Shown here one piece after another: positions 51,501 to 55,861 of a DNA stretch of 64,000 nt (its first letter is position 1; the number at the start of each line of letters is the position of its first letter). The stretch spans positions 96,001-160,000 of the forward strand of contig CBDUPA010000003.1 of NCBI GenBank assembly GCA_965368975.1, given 5' to 3'. The notes under the pieces were generated by a model. The model did no database searches and had not been told where the DNA came from. It was given only the letters and a program-made list of their open reading frames with translations. The translations under genes and the position numbers were made by a program. The DNA comes from an uncultured bacterium (GTDB taxonomy: Bacteria > Acidobacteriota > Thermoanaerobaculia > Multivoradales > JAHZIX01).

Positions 51501-52857
51501 AGAGGGTAGGCTGACCGTGCTGGGACGCCGCGACGCACAGCTGAAGGTACGCGGCCACCGACTGGAGCCGGCGGAGATCGAGGCGGAGCTGGTTCGTCTG
51601 CCGGAGGTGCACGCCGTCGCGGTCCTGGGGTATCGGGGGCGAGGGGGGCCGTCTCTGGAGCACCGAACTGTGGGGACCGAAACCGTCCGCTCGCAGGCCG
51701 CTGGTGAGGTCGAGCTAGTGGCCTTCGTCGTCCCTGCCGTCAACGGTCATTCGACAGATGCCGACCCTCCGAAGTTGCACCAGGTTCTACACCGGGCACT
51801 GAGGCGGCACTTGCCGGCGCCGTTGCTACCGTTGCGCTACGAGCTGCTGCCGGAGCTGCCGGTGACCACCGGGGGCAAGCTCGACCGCGGAGCCTTGCTC
51901 GAGCGCCTGCGATCGGAGCGAACGCCGCCGGCGTCTCTCGTTTCTGGTGGAGACGCGGTCGATGCTGCGGGCGACCGGTTGCTCCACACCATCGTTGCGC
52001 AGTTTCGCGCGCTCCTCGAGCGTCCGGTCTTGGCGAGCGACGACTTCTTTGACCTCGGAGGTCATTCCTTGCTGGCGGTGCGCCTGGCGGCACAGTTACG
52101 GCACCGGCTGGGTCGCGAGGTACCGCTGGAATGGTTCTTTCGCGAGGCTACACCCTTGGCCTTGGCACAGCGTCTGCGGCAGCGAGCGGTTGCTGCTGTG
52201 CCGTTCAGTGATCTGGGATCCGAAGCTGGAAGCAGTGACGGAGACCTCGTTTGCCTACGCCCTGGCGCGGCGGAAGAGCCCTGGTTCTGGTTACCGCCGC
52301 GCGACAACAACGTCCTTTGCTACCGTGACTTGGAGGCGGCGCTCGATACCGGTCCGGCGGTCTTCGGTCTCCAGGGGGGGCGCGACTACGCTCTGCAAGA
52401 CTCTGGGGTTTCGCAGCAGCGGCGAGTCTCCGCGTGCGTCCAGCTTCTACGGCGGTGCCAGCCGGTGGGGCCCTACCATCTCGCGGGGTGGTCTGAGGGA
52501 GGCGTTCTCGCCTTCGCGGTAGCCCGGCAGCTGGTGGAGGAAGGGGAGCGCGTCTCCTCACTGGTCCTGATCGACGCGCGGGCACCGAACTACCCGGCAC
52601 CCGATGTTCTTGCCACCCGCGGACCTTTCTCCCGGCTCGGTCGATTGATCCTACTGCGGCCGGAGCAGCGGGGCAGCGAAGCGGACGAGACCCTCGGCTG
52701 GCATCGATGGGCGTCCGAGGTGCAGGTGATCACTGTGCCTGGTGATCACTTCTCTATGGTGCGATCACCTCACGCCCGGGAGGTGGCTGCACGACTGAGC
52801 CAGTACCGGCAACAGGGCTCAGCCGATCACGATAGATCTTCGCAAGGCGCCGATTGA
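27523..52857 (+). CDS. Giant non-ribosomal peptide synthetase: A(MT)-T / C-A-T / C-T / C-A-T-E / C-A-T / C-A(MT)-T / C-A-T-TE
   Basis: Seven T motifs (GGHSL ~30500, GLDSL ~33965, GAHSL ~35715, GGDSI ~39075, GGDSL ~43918, GGHSL ~48470, GGHSL ~52060). Six C-domain HHxxxDG motifs, an E-domain HHLAIDALS at ~39655, six A domains, two embedded N-MTs (DVGCGEG, EIGCGSG), and a TE with GWSEG/D/GDH. Confidence 0.93.
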   Translation: MQRVLVDVRLMGARQPAAIAVAAGRRVLSYGELIRRAALLAAYLRQRGAGAEKLVAVRMERGCDLAVALLAVDQAGACWLPLPPEIPLPRARQLARRARAGLVLVAEASAARGLELPVVCLRCHAHGIAASSPAEPVEVHPQAAAYVLATSGTGGRAKLVEVSHGARSFHARRVAEAFRLRPDDRVAQLASPAFDVSLEEMLPTWVSGGCVVAWSGAAAITARALDRWTRARQVTVCNPAASLWHAWVHLGRDVPALAASLRLVVTGSEAVETAALSIWRQQQVSPEHPRWLNAFGTTETAVTSLLFEAPPRLPPAAVTDLHVPIGSPLDGVEVRICDRRGEQVEPGGEGELWLSGPGLARGYRGDPARTADAFRPHPKGDGERFYRTGDRVCRRIDGGPLQWLGRFDAQVKIRGVRVQPGEVAACLAEHPGVAEAFVVPAGQGGLGTEPRLVAYVVPRRIEVRVERRVAQHLERQRQVYEALHEAATPQHDDDFAGWNSSFTGEAIAPESMRAWQALALARIRRLHPRRLLDVGCGEGLLLRPLLADGIEAVGVDASAAALGRLRRRLEQDRRPVLVEAAAHDLGDLDGQRPFDTIVLNSVVQHFPSVEYLLRVLDATVERLAAGGCLFVGDVRSLPLQPLLAVAIELQRSGASTSLAELRRRVDDRCRGERELLVDPRWFPQLRRRWPRLTWWRIEPKVARPEDRTFAAGAALDRELADFRYDVTLGFDTPPPVHLAVPQAAASAARGGEAPAGIEARLRQEPGDWVVLQALIHRRLEPEVAALRWLRLSGADPGAEIEVPATVGDLRARLAALPRVGVDPDDVAELAARLGWQHAFSWQCGGQEGAFDAVFWRAGHSVPVESRKDRADGYGDGPDRLEPDPWLDGQVLTNDPRLPELAESLPPLLQAHAAAHLPAALRPAAYVVLAALPRTVSGKPDRAALPAARSERPGWLGPWQAPRPGLETELARRWSDLLAIEPIGRLDGFFELGGHSLSAARLLERVQLDFGVELSLAALFAAPRLCDVAARLSEAEQAAGSPSKGSSETSRSRSRRQGLSWPQRELWLAWRRAPDSTAFSVPSSCRVEAALASVLVAWQRLQLEHPVLRCRVERGAGSGAGSGAGSGEPRLVAGPFLPLRVLDLQGLPVARRAEECRRLARHLVALPFDLEAGPCGRAVLVGEGRSATLLTVFHHLIFDGRSADVLPDMLSNLMARQSAGPGAVGFDQDEPVELSEAVQDYWRPRLRPVAAALTPDRPGSDTDSTASVAWGLRLPAAVTAELREQGRQAGDPPLGTWLSWLLVTLRRWAGREVAATIAVDGRPRVPPTASSTLGMFVRTLLVRPWFAAASALADEALVDVRAEVGAELRRVFDGLDIPLEHLRHAFGGGEESGALSAVSVVLHDAGGRPGADGESPPAGSHRASAGIRAVPWPGPWPATAPPGPSIPWWTVRADLEIHLWPLPAAAGAGTSEGLGGLVLGRRALYDWTTIQRLTRSLESTAVQLAGGHLRGASSGARLRDLEVLAPAARHQLLHEWRRPPGSSASTPELLGAAFLAQAARRPEAVAVQWHRGCLSYRELARRADAFAARLRRDGAASVAGREREAPVAVCLDRGPAQLVALLGVVLAGVPYLPLSVDGPRRRLEAVLRQTGCRHVCGTPEIFDDIVRGLDLSRRRDDRAGQASLWHYDAATVQQVEASWSSAPKPPRAQPLQAVYILHTSGSTGTPRGVVVSQLALAGQLAWLRRRLDFGPSDALLHKTAVTFDAAGWELWLPLISGGRLLLAPGGDEFDPGRLWRRLQTWRATVLQLVPSQLGALLARPLPAGLSIAGGGSLRWLACGGEVLPPTLARAWYERCPRTRLLNLYGPTEATINASSELVAAVDLRREASGREAAARVALGRSCDGVETLVVQADGDLAVPGQAGELALAGAGLARGYQGCPAATAEAFRPHPWSRRPGGRLYFTGDRVRFLSDGRLDFLGRLDDQLKLRGVRIEPGEIEAVLLRHPRLQAAVVGVVGEGDRRSLTAWVVGHSDAASEESAAAIDEDLSAKGLRRFVARTLPVSSVPSQVHVLPHLPLTLHGKVDRRRLQAQASASMPRPGVKNRLGVLERDREPRHTPLEADLVRWVTSMVPGLQAGDVGVDTDLLQLGLDSLRGLELLAQFEQRSGLHLRLRDLFETPTIAGLAARAEVSRLSGLKTAAEAIGQSRSAPAQTRATFAQERLWVEEKRRAPGRGISGYHLALAWDLAAPPARLRALRCQLPEALCALARRHPLLRVDLVEEMGELRLRMQDTGGLERYCPETLRHLDLTGLAPTVRSLHLRRLHAAALGRPLLPELARSCWLQLAPDHAQLILVWHHLIVDGASLGWLAQDLSSALCRHGEESQTGDEAQAAALDSALPYLRFARDQRQWAEGVEAQRASVYWRRRLRGYRPWTLLPLSSELAKVELPSAARTARIELPAALVAELQQRGATAGATLNMVLLAALFALLARHGRRDLLIGVPVNERRTPEVQRCTGLFVNLLPLRLRWQEEDDWPSLLERVRRALLRDLERAALPFEQIVDVAGWTRAGWSRTGVGVLPALLGLGDQTPALPLGGIGTAPLDLPVPVAVQDLEFQLRRTATGGIEGVLVRPAVVAHEAVEAMAAEYRQLLEHLAATPEARVPLALTSLADRRLEVAFSLPSAAAPTEASPTISWTPPRSPEEAVLAEVWADLLDGQRQRGHGPGVHEDLFALGAHSLLLLRAAHRLRGLWKRDVSLAWLFEHPTIAQQAAALAAPGALARPPSGQDLRGTEAGRKRRDGPVKLVAPVSFAQRRLIRTERWSPGSVAYNLAVAWQVEGSLQLRALERAGQSLVRRHESLRTRFGRSDHALRQVVLAASPVTLRRIDVRGLPVAVARELGVELLRRAALQPFDPLHRAQMLRLLVVLQPEDTSARAHQQVLLASHHLAVDGWSLGLLARDVGRFYREQLSSPSMPSRVPAPALQPADAAIAERRWLRGSRRRRWLRAGLAQLENLEPIELPADRPAARLVHRLEGRGGVEAAEAEAGGSVAVHLEATLSASVRELAATAGATPFMVLLSAAAAVLARRRDAVRGGRDVVFGAPEAGRSGGYLETGMLDDVVGNFVNPLVLRVSMAQPGAVTLQGLVQQVRDVCLRAFELRALPFDLLQRAWRRRQQASRTSLFQASFALHDLPPAVPDFGQATVTEIELPCLPVHFDLAWHWWWQGETLAGQLAFRRSLFDTTSVQHLGQQLRSLLQAATSDPRRPLAAVPLCTASQRQQLLREWPRAAAPAVPRFGPDAFAAFEAQARRTPDAVAITRDGVHHGGAWLSFGALYRRALGLGQLIGSKELGTEGVVALEVSAGLEQVIALLATLAVGAAYLPLDPRQPRARRDELCRDAGVGAQAGARAVVTRTDILAATSSGGRSAARLVGRDARAAYVLYTAGSGGRPKGVLVEHRQLLAYVQAFSERLAGGAPRFSCALVQPWTVDSTVSTIFPPLLLGGRLCLPARGATLEPRRLASFLARQSVDLLKIAPSHLAALAETVGVTALLPQRWLVVGGETFPVTLARELVSAAPPSLQIFNHYGPTETTVGSLMHRLPDAVGHNAWPHGVPIGRALPGERAYVVDQRGDPVPVNDVGELWLGGGGVARGYLGKPAATALAFVPDPWRQGARCYRTGDLVRCLTSGELCFVGRRDLQLKVRGFRVEPAEIEAALLRLPAVREAVVGSTEGVAGARLVAFVAVRRDQQVSATDVLDALRELLPAHMVPAHCQILEQLPRTPHGKLDRSALLSRVLPELVESQQGTPGALDGRGASVDDRTAAGSGSTIQNLLARIWADVLGVTTVDPHDDFFRLGGDSITALRVLARAHRQGLELSVRQLFERPTVASLAEVVRPLDGRSDAAEPLRRASGPVPLTPLQQALLRAAHVDVRAVDQAMVVTLSRMVAVGRVETALAALVAHHDALRLRFRRLRGRWWQAMSPASRVTVAMSPRVEVVDLERLTAVDVLAEERRLQAARGRRRYDLRHGPLLHAVYVRRGAWAPCLLLAVHHLAIDALSWPPLLDDLETLLSGHAPPPAPSFALWARRRAAWCRSTEARGQLGHWQRAGRPPAMDAQVCRQLRAGRSSCRTTGCLSFESQLDGATTRALVQGLSVATGAGPLAALVVAWARALDVREAWLELESHGRQGIGPRAERLVGWCAAAYPFRFRLPQADPVGGRRPKAVDADRRALEAARVQLRAVPDAGAGYTGARGVSQRRWRGPFVRINYLGDAALAAPTAGADGVFLARRSAVASDRGWAGPPLRLDAGVEDGCLCLRWSLRPGTLDTTAVRALTETFQRQLRRLARLAGVGDDVADAYPLTAPQQGILAGCLARPESSAYFVQQWWSLDAAVARAPRQAVLRAAWLRVIARHPALRTSFRVDAEPEQRVHRDVQVPWREIDLRRLGGEARRAAWQHVLERDRRRGFDPGQPPLLRFALVHGRAAARLLWSRHHLVLDGWSVPILLAEVRALMAAAGHLGVSMEPWRLEQLPAQEWDAAAGLRLAPRFRQHVLEQLRRGTDINFWRRWLRGVRRSTPVPLDVPVTPGDPHPADSHTRSQRLGSQRQRQQSLRMTPAWSERLDAFSRQRRLTFATLVQAAWALLLARCSATADVVFGVTLAGRSAQTPAAESVVGLCLNALPLRLRVPATRATGPWLVYVQQRATRLAAEASASPAEILRRAVPRGSLASLFETLVVVENYPLSTDVPSPQVASDVRYVPSFAHGGGFSQTEHALVLVAIPPAAENCGIELAVRYDPRRLDAAAARSLLHQTARLLRQFARRRPSVPLHQLGSPAVPAALLGSLEEAHDLADWAGPPAVWLAEQVRRTPERLAVRDGRQALSFRQLWQITGVLSRDLQRAGAGPGRLVVVSGARRGSLVPALLAVARSGAAWWVLDPEFPSAARCEQLRLLLAAQTAPRPVAWLCLPDQAEASPVLEPEVRTWLERLAGPFEVPWPKSREAVAPREEPAEKMGPTPTAGPDDAAYLVFTSGTGGMPRAVVAPQRAAAHFLRWVRHQWPGERPGEGERSALLAGLGHDPLLRDVWAPLVRGGTVHVPPAGSWRDGQRLGRWLAREAIQQVHVTPGLARLLVEAPASIRWPHLRRVIFAGGAVEPALVEALRQRSCQHLSRDRGERCAGFTWISTYGTSETPQIAAWSLAAADRAAVLGLVGISGFQLLVVRLGGRRLEIAAVGEVGEIHVRSRYLATGYIEASSGTGQPGAGQAGFRRFPGSSDPLDRLFATGDLGRFLPAEAAASSPAAVQVLGRRDRQLKVRGVRVAPEDVEARLRACQHSCATSVADAAVVPVVGSVRQVQMAAAVTVRGAAVLSPGAVRQLEMELYQQLQRVLPAALVPSPIRVLPRLPLTASGKTDLRRVRCLLAEARRRVDSLPSGPAKADVARGARTSLEALVAEVWEDVLQHPGLAFDQDFFALGGDSLLAVRVASRLRQLLERPVPVRWLFEAPTVARLTDRLVQPPPHATGGARPEPARALRRQRGDQGPLSFAQRRLWLVDRLNPGDAGYHLPVAWQIAGRLQIAALVAAARFLVCRHAGLRTHFPRRDGRPRQVVVPVEKVAAGRLRVPCIDLRRLGPAALEHGRELLHRSALRPFDLARGPLLRWRLLRLGEADHLLQWEQHHIVSDGWSKSIFQRELSAAYASFAAGQGPPVLPVLPLRYLDFAVWQRRRLRGASKARLTAGWRRLLDGFRPVELPLDRSLERPPGPGVTGGGLAERRLPAALWHRVQAAARAAGVTPFMWLSASFLSLLGRLSGRRDPAVAVPTARRDRPELEGILGFFVNLVVLRTDLRVPSFSDLVRQLRDTTLAAFDLEELPFDLLVRALLPEEHGAERGAYRYRQADTRRHRDPTLPLVPAVFALQSPAAAPVWPGVELRPFDLDLCPPRARLEVFAWPLRPETNGDAGLQLLWLYRRQCLDTTTVERWLDSWQILIDAALTSPEMRVEALPLVAEASRQQLLREWQGRVVSHDMDVSLPAWIAAQARRTPEALAVLDDRSGHHLSYRTLVQRAGDLGQRLQRALERRNCPQGPVAVELERGPELLTSLLAVLWAGAAYLAIDPALPRERRSELRAVGSLWLHRPRRGEVRPEGVPVPVHPEAAAYVVHTSGSSGRPKGVVIPHAALLNHLRWMQRCLPLRPADRLLQKTPLSFDAAMWELWTPLVAGGVLVLAHPDVQRRPRALLATIARRGISVLQLVPSHLRWLWRTGAGWRALRRLRRLLCGGERLDLDLLRAVRRRLPDVELINLYGPAEVTIDATFAHLSAAPAPPRGVPPIGRPLDGIRALVLDRHQCWLPVGVAGELGLGGVGLARGYLQQAAATAAVFVPDALGSPGSRLYRSGDLARWRADGQLEILGRIDRQLSIRGRRLEPAEIESLLRRHAGVAEAVVVASRRPEPRKGPRWQSGSPRLLAYVVPASVESLVASGGAAQQHSSWRVEEWRQVYEEVYRQPAAAAPEEDFSGWTRSSDGQPIPEAEMREWLEHTVERVRALGGRRILEIGCGSGLLLWRLASGCRSYLGTDFSATVIARLQAQLAERDRRWQGVSVERRLADDFEGLEFDSFDVVVVNSVAQYFPDLGYLQRVLEGALACLAPGGSLFVGDVRSLPLLEAFHLEVAAVDATGERLLRRARQRRQEDPELVLHPDFFRRLAQRHGLGLQLLAKAGRACNELTRYRYDAVLRRRPVTSPVRVAAWDEVTGQHRPAGRPAALAAWLRDTPADTVAVTSVPDRRLAEPLQRLLRWTGISPWSGSGVAEVVRRGAEEPAEVEGFDVEDLRQGFLAAGYHAQPHLSARGPGWVDLVARRAGVVAEPVALPAGAAAALADRQLSNRPWGGGTLGELETSLRQYLQRWLPAALVPAHFVRLNALPRLAGGKLDRSALPQEQPQSQPHQEPLPSPALLPGESRQAYRPKGSLERMVADVWQRVLGVRGVGRDDHFFQLGGHSLLATRVATRLSRRLGVDVPLRCLFEAPVLWRLAQHLSSLRAASRAKASAVLTPDRRSTPGRLPRLSAARRCRPLPLSFAQRRLWFVHRLRPADPAYNVFAALRLEGTLDAAALHRAFGHLQARHEILRTRFVEIDGRPRQIVEPAAAEGVGSRIRFVYLDLQRLVSAKNTVQARTVLDLLRTASGVPFALDLAGAWRAGLLRLAPDQHVLWLVLHHIVSDGWSQSVLYRELETFYRREVGADAAALPALPVQVVDFAQWQRKRLRGLALRRQLAWWRRCLRGLEPLALPYDRSLPSVETQPPGAVVRRVLDGDLWRRVEAAGRRAEATPFMVLLSAYFLLLQGLTPRLDAARRDVTVGTPVAGRHHPRLEGLIGCFVNTLVLRAPGGPREAQESCQAVVASGDSTVEGWLRAVRVLVIDAFARQEVPFERLVEVLRPRRELQRSPLFQAALALHNTPAVDFHLPGIRVAAQEVPLDKARFEAELHAWPLADGGATQTSGGATGAGGCELRLRYRRDLFDASTVARWLATLEGILAWMTRAGTAPLASLPWGTRGERHQLLVEWPRAGGQLPTGHSVPELRALFGRSAIERPASVAVVQGRRRLSYGDLQRRVDLLAERLRARGVGVESVVALGLERSLELVIGLLAVLTAGAAYVPLSAADPPRRRQRQLQQAGARWLLVRSRSEPFVSADESEGLDVLTVGQSPRVLSLQEPGPRDSIRSVTRETVSGESAAYVLFTSGSTGGPKGVVIPRRALAGYLQWAAGAYGLGAGRGALVHSELRFDFTVTPLLAPLVAGATTVLLPPAVPGREAVGLAAALRRGGPVHEGLDLLKLTPSHLRWLRASDISLPPSRSLRTQHPRVTVLGGEVVSAAHVEAAAGLLGHYGWRCWNEYGPTEATVGCAVAELALLPAAAGLSINPGPVGEHAADSLLGVQTVGRPVPGARVLLLDHGGEPVPLGVVGELVIEGTGLARGYAGRPAETADRFRPSPSGRGARRYHSGDLARWQAEGRLTVLGRRDAQLKVRGHRLEPAEIEAELVRLPEVHAVAVLGYRGRGGPSLEHRTVGTETVRSQAAGEVELVAFVVPAVNGHSTDADPPKLHQVLHRALRRHLPAPLLPLRYELLPELPVTTGGKLDRGALLERLRSERTPPASLVSGGDAVDAAGDRLLHTIVAQFRALLERPVLASDDFFDLGGHSLLAVRLAAQLRHRLGREVPLEWFFREATPLALAQRLRQRAVAAVPFSDLGSEAGSSDGDLVCLRPGAAEEPWFWLPPRDNNVLCYRDLEAALDTGPAVFGLQGGRDYALQDSGVSQQRRVSACVQLLRRCQPVGPYHLAGWSEGGVLAFAVARQLVEEGERVSSLVLIDARAPNYPAPDVLATRGPFSRLGRLILLRPEQRGSEADETLGWHRWASEVQVITVPGDHFSMVRSPHAREVAARLSQYRQQGSADHDRSSQGAD

Positions 52858-55800
52858 GCGCGAACTGCCGGCTCTGGACACCCTGGATCAACTCGTTCAG
52901 CCTGGCTTGCCCAGCGTTGATGTTACCGCTGCTCAACTCGATGATGGCGTGCGCCAGCAGTAGATCTTGCTGCAGCACGACCAGGCCGAAGCGGCGACTG
53001 TCCCGCTCAAGCTCGGTGAGTCGTTGCTGCAGACCGCTGTAGTCGTCGTTGAGGTAGGCGTTGAGCACGGCCATCAGTTCGACGTAGATACGCACGTGCG
53101 GATTCTCGCTCACGCGGGATCTATGGCGGGCACGTGCCAGCGCCTGATCCGCCTCCGCGAAGCGCTCTTGGTGTGCCAGTGCCTGTGCCAACAGGGCGTC
53201 CACGAGGGCCAATTCGTCGGTCCTTTCCTGCAGTTCCAAGACCGGGCGTGCCTGCAGGGCTATTGCCTCGGCCTCGGTCATGCGATTCTGGGTCAGGTAT
53301 AGACGCCCTAGGAGCAGCTGAGTCTCGGCAATGTTGGTGCTCTGCTCCAACTGACTGCGCAGGTTGAGCGCGCGTTGGAACGCGCTTTCTGCTTCTTCCA
53401 ACTTGTCTTGCAGGTGCAAGAGTCGGCCCAGCGCCTGGTAGAAATAGGCTTCCTGGTGGCCCCGGTCGCCGGCACCGGCCAAGGAGAGACCTTCTCGCAG
53501 AGCCGTTTCGGCTTCGTCGAGCCGGCCGGCGGCGAGGTCGACCATGCCTAGATCGTGCAGTGCCCAGATGCGGCCGCTCTCGTTACCGGCTTCTTGGGCT
53601 AGCTGCAGCGCCTCCGCGGCGTGCAGCCTGGCTTCTGGCAGACGGCCCAGGCGCAACAGAACAGTCGAGGTGTTCTCCTGGGCCCACATCAAGCGCTCGG
53701 TGTTACCGCTGCTGCGCGCCAGCTCCGCAGCTTCGTCGAGCAGTTGCAGCGCCGCGTCCAGTTGACCCTGTTGGCGCTTCAGGACCGCCAGGTTGTTGAG
53801 CGTCCGCGAGATGTTCTCGACGTCCTTGATATCTCGGAAGATGCTCAGCGCTTCTAGGTGATGACTCTCGGCGCCCAACAGGTCGCCGGAACGACCGTCC
53901 AGCACGGCCAGCTCGGCGATACAGCGTGCCGCCCGGCCGCGGTCGCCGATGGTCTCGAAACCGAGCCGTGCTTCGTGCAGGGCTCGGCGAGAGTCAGCAG
54001 TTCGACCTAGCCGCAGCAGGGCCCAGCCTCTCTGGAACTGGGCCTCGGCTTGCAGACTGCGCGCTTGTTGAGCCCGTGCCCGTTCGAGAACCCGATCGGC
54101 GGCGGACAGTTGCAGGTTCCACTCGCCCTGTTCCCGCGCGATCTTGGCCTGGGCAAGGTCGATGCGTGGGTCGGCGAAGGTGCCCGAGGGTCTGGTTTGC
54201 AGACTGGTCAAGATCTCCACCGCGGCGGTGGAGCGGTCGGCGTCGAGCAGGATATCGATCAGCTTCAGACCGTGGTCGATATTGTCGGTGTGGTAGTCGC
54301 GCAGCAGACGATAGGTGTCGACGGCTGCGTCCCAGTCGTGGAACTGTTCGTAGAAGTTGGCCTGGATGGAGAGCTGGTGCTCGCGTGGCAGCTCCTTGCT
54401 TTCCAGCAGGGCATAGGCGTCGCGCGCGCTCTTCTGGGCCAGCTCGTCGTAGCCGAGGGCCGCCTGCGCTTGGCTGAGAGCCAGGTGAGCGAGCGCATGC
54501 GATGGATCCTCCGTGATCGCGTGCTGGAGCTCGCTGCGGGCACCGGCGGCATCGTAGGCGCGCAGCTTCTCGAGGCCACGAGTGTACGCCACGCGCGCTT
54601 CTGGATCGTCGGAGATGACGGCTTCGAGCTGCAGCGCTTGCTGCTGGGACACGGTCGCGACGCCGAGTTGTCGACGCAGCCGTGCAGCTGTTTCTTCCAC
54701 CAGCTTTTGCAGATCGGTTTGCAGGCCGGTCATCGGCAGGCTGGCCGAATGGTCGCTCAGGCGTGTGTCCTGCAAGTAGATGTTGAGGTCGAGGCCGCTG
54801 CCGCTACCGCTGCTGAACGAGCCCGAGACCACGTAGTCTGTGCCCAGGCGATCGCGCAGACTGCGCAGGGTCGTACTACCCAGGCTGGTTGCCTGGGTAG
54901 TACTCAGGTCGCGCTGGGCTTCCAAGATTCTCTCGGCCGGGATCACCCGCAGGCTACCGTCTATACCCAGGTGAGCCGACAACATTTCGGCCAAAGCGGT
55001 TTCCAGCCAGGCGTCGTTCGGGTTTTGCGACAACATGTGGAAACGCAGCACCGCCACGGATGGTCGAGGCGGTCCGTCGCTGCTCGGCAGGGTCTCGTCG
55101 GTACTCCGGCGCCAGCTGAGCCAGGCACTGGCCAGTGCCAGCAGGATCAACAGGCCGATAGCGCCGAGCAGGGTGGAGCGTCGTGGAGCACCACGTGCTT
55201 CCGTGGCCGCGCGGTGCGCCTTGTCGTTCGGCTGGATCGGCTGCGGCAGCGCGACGTCGACGGTGGCGATCTCATAGATCCCGACGGAGTCTTCCAGCCC
55301 CTTGAAGACGAAACGACCGTGGTCGTACCAGTGGACTGCCAGGCCGTCGACGCGGAGGGCGGACAGGCGGCGACGGCACAGGTCGAAGGCCGCTTGCGTC
55401 AGCAGCGTCTGACCGCCGCTGGCCAGGGCCATGGTACGTGCGGCGGTGGGCTTCGCCAGGCCCTCGACCTCGAGTGGCTTGGCGCCGCGCGCCACGTCGT
55501 CGGTGCGATTGTGGCGCAGCACCAATTCGCCCAGATGGATGCCGGCGCGTGCCTGCAGGTCGATCCCCATTTCCTCGCCCAGCTCGCGCAATCGTTGGTG
55601 GTAGTCGAGGGTGTAGGAGAGGGCATCGATCGGACGATCGAAGAGCAGCAGGAAGCCATCGGTCTTGTCGATTTCCATGCCACTGTGCTTGCCGAGCAGG
55701 TCGCGCGCCAGGCGGTCGTGGCGGGCGAAGACATCGACGGCACGGTCATCACCCAGGCGGTCGACCAGCTGTGTGCTGTCCACCAGGTCTGTGACCAGGA

Positions 55801-55861
55801 GTGTCTGGATGACGATGCGACTGCCGGAGTCGGGGTCGAGGCTGGCGGCGATGGGATTCAT
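52754..55861 (-). CDS. Class III nucleotide cyclase-like domain, TM, TolB-N-like domain and TPR array (resembles the 'peptide modification system cyclase' type)
   Basis: LLVTDLVDST, IDKTDGFLLLF, ARAGIHLGE and GAKPLEVEGLAKPTAAR. TM LLGAIGLLILLALASAWL, PSVAVLRF, then many TPRs. Confidence 0.82.
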   Translation of the reverse strand: MNPIAASLDPDSGSRIVIQTLLVTDLVDSTQLVDRLGDDRAVDVFARHDRLARDLLGKHSGMEIDKTDGFLLLFDRPIDALSYTLDYHQRLRELGEEMGIDLQARAGIHLGELVLRHNRTDDVARGAKPLEVEGLAKPTAARTMALASGGQTLLTQAAFDLCRRRLSALRVDGLAVHWYDHGRFVFKGLEDSVGIYEIATVDVALPQPIQPNDKAHRAATEARGAPRRSTLLGAIGLLILLALASAWLSWRRSTDETLPSSDGPPRPSVAVLRFHMLSQNPNDAWLETALAEMLSAHLGIDGSLRVIPAERILEAQRDLSTTQATSLGSTTLRSLRDRLGTDYVVSGSFSSGSGSGLDLNIYLQDTRLSDHSASLPMTGLQTDLQKLVEETAARLRRQLGVATVSQQQALQLEAVISDDPEARVAYTRGLEKLRAYDAAGARSELQHAITEDPSHALAHLALSQAQAALGYDELAQKSARDAYALLESKELPREHQLSIQANFYEQFHDWDAAVDTYRLLRDYHTDNIDHGLKLIDILLDADRSTAAVEILTSLQTRPSGTFADPRIDLAQAKIAREQGEWNLQLSAADRVLERARAQQARSLQAEAQFQRGWALLRLGRTADSRRALHEARLGFETIGDRGRAARCIAELAVLDGRSGDLLGAESHHLEALSIFRDIKDVENISRTLNNLAVLKRQQGQLDAALQLLDEAAELARSSGNTERLMWAQENTSTVLLRLGRLPEARLHAAEALQLAQEAGNESGRIWALHDLGMVDLAAGRLDEAETALREGLSLAGAGDRGHQEAYFYQALGRLLHLQDKLEEAESAFQRALNLRSQLEQSTNIAETQLLLGRLYLTQNRMTEAEAIALQARPVLELQERTDELALVDALLAQALAHQERFAEADQALARARHRSRVSENPHVRIYVELMAVLNAYLNDDYSGLQQRLTELERDSRRFGLVVLQQDLLLAHAIIELSSGNINAGQARLNELIQGVQSRQFALNRRLAKIYRDRLSPVAGTGSVVQPPPGREVIAP

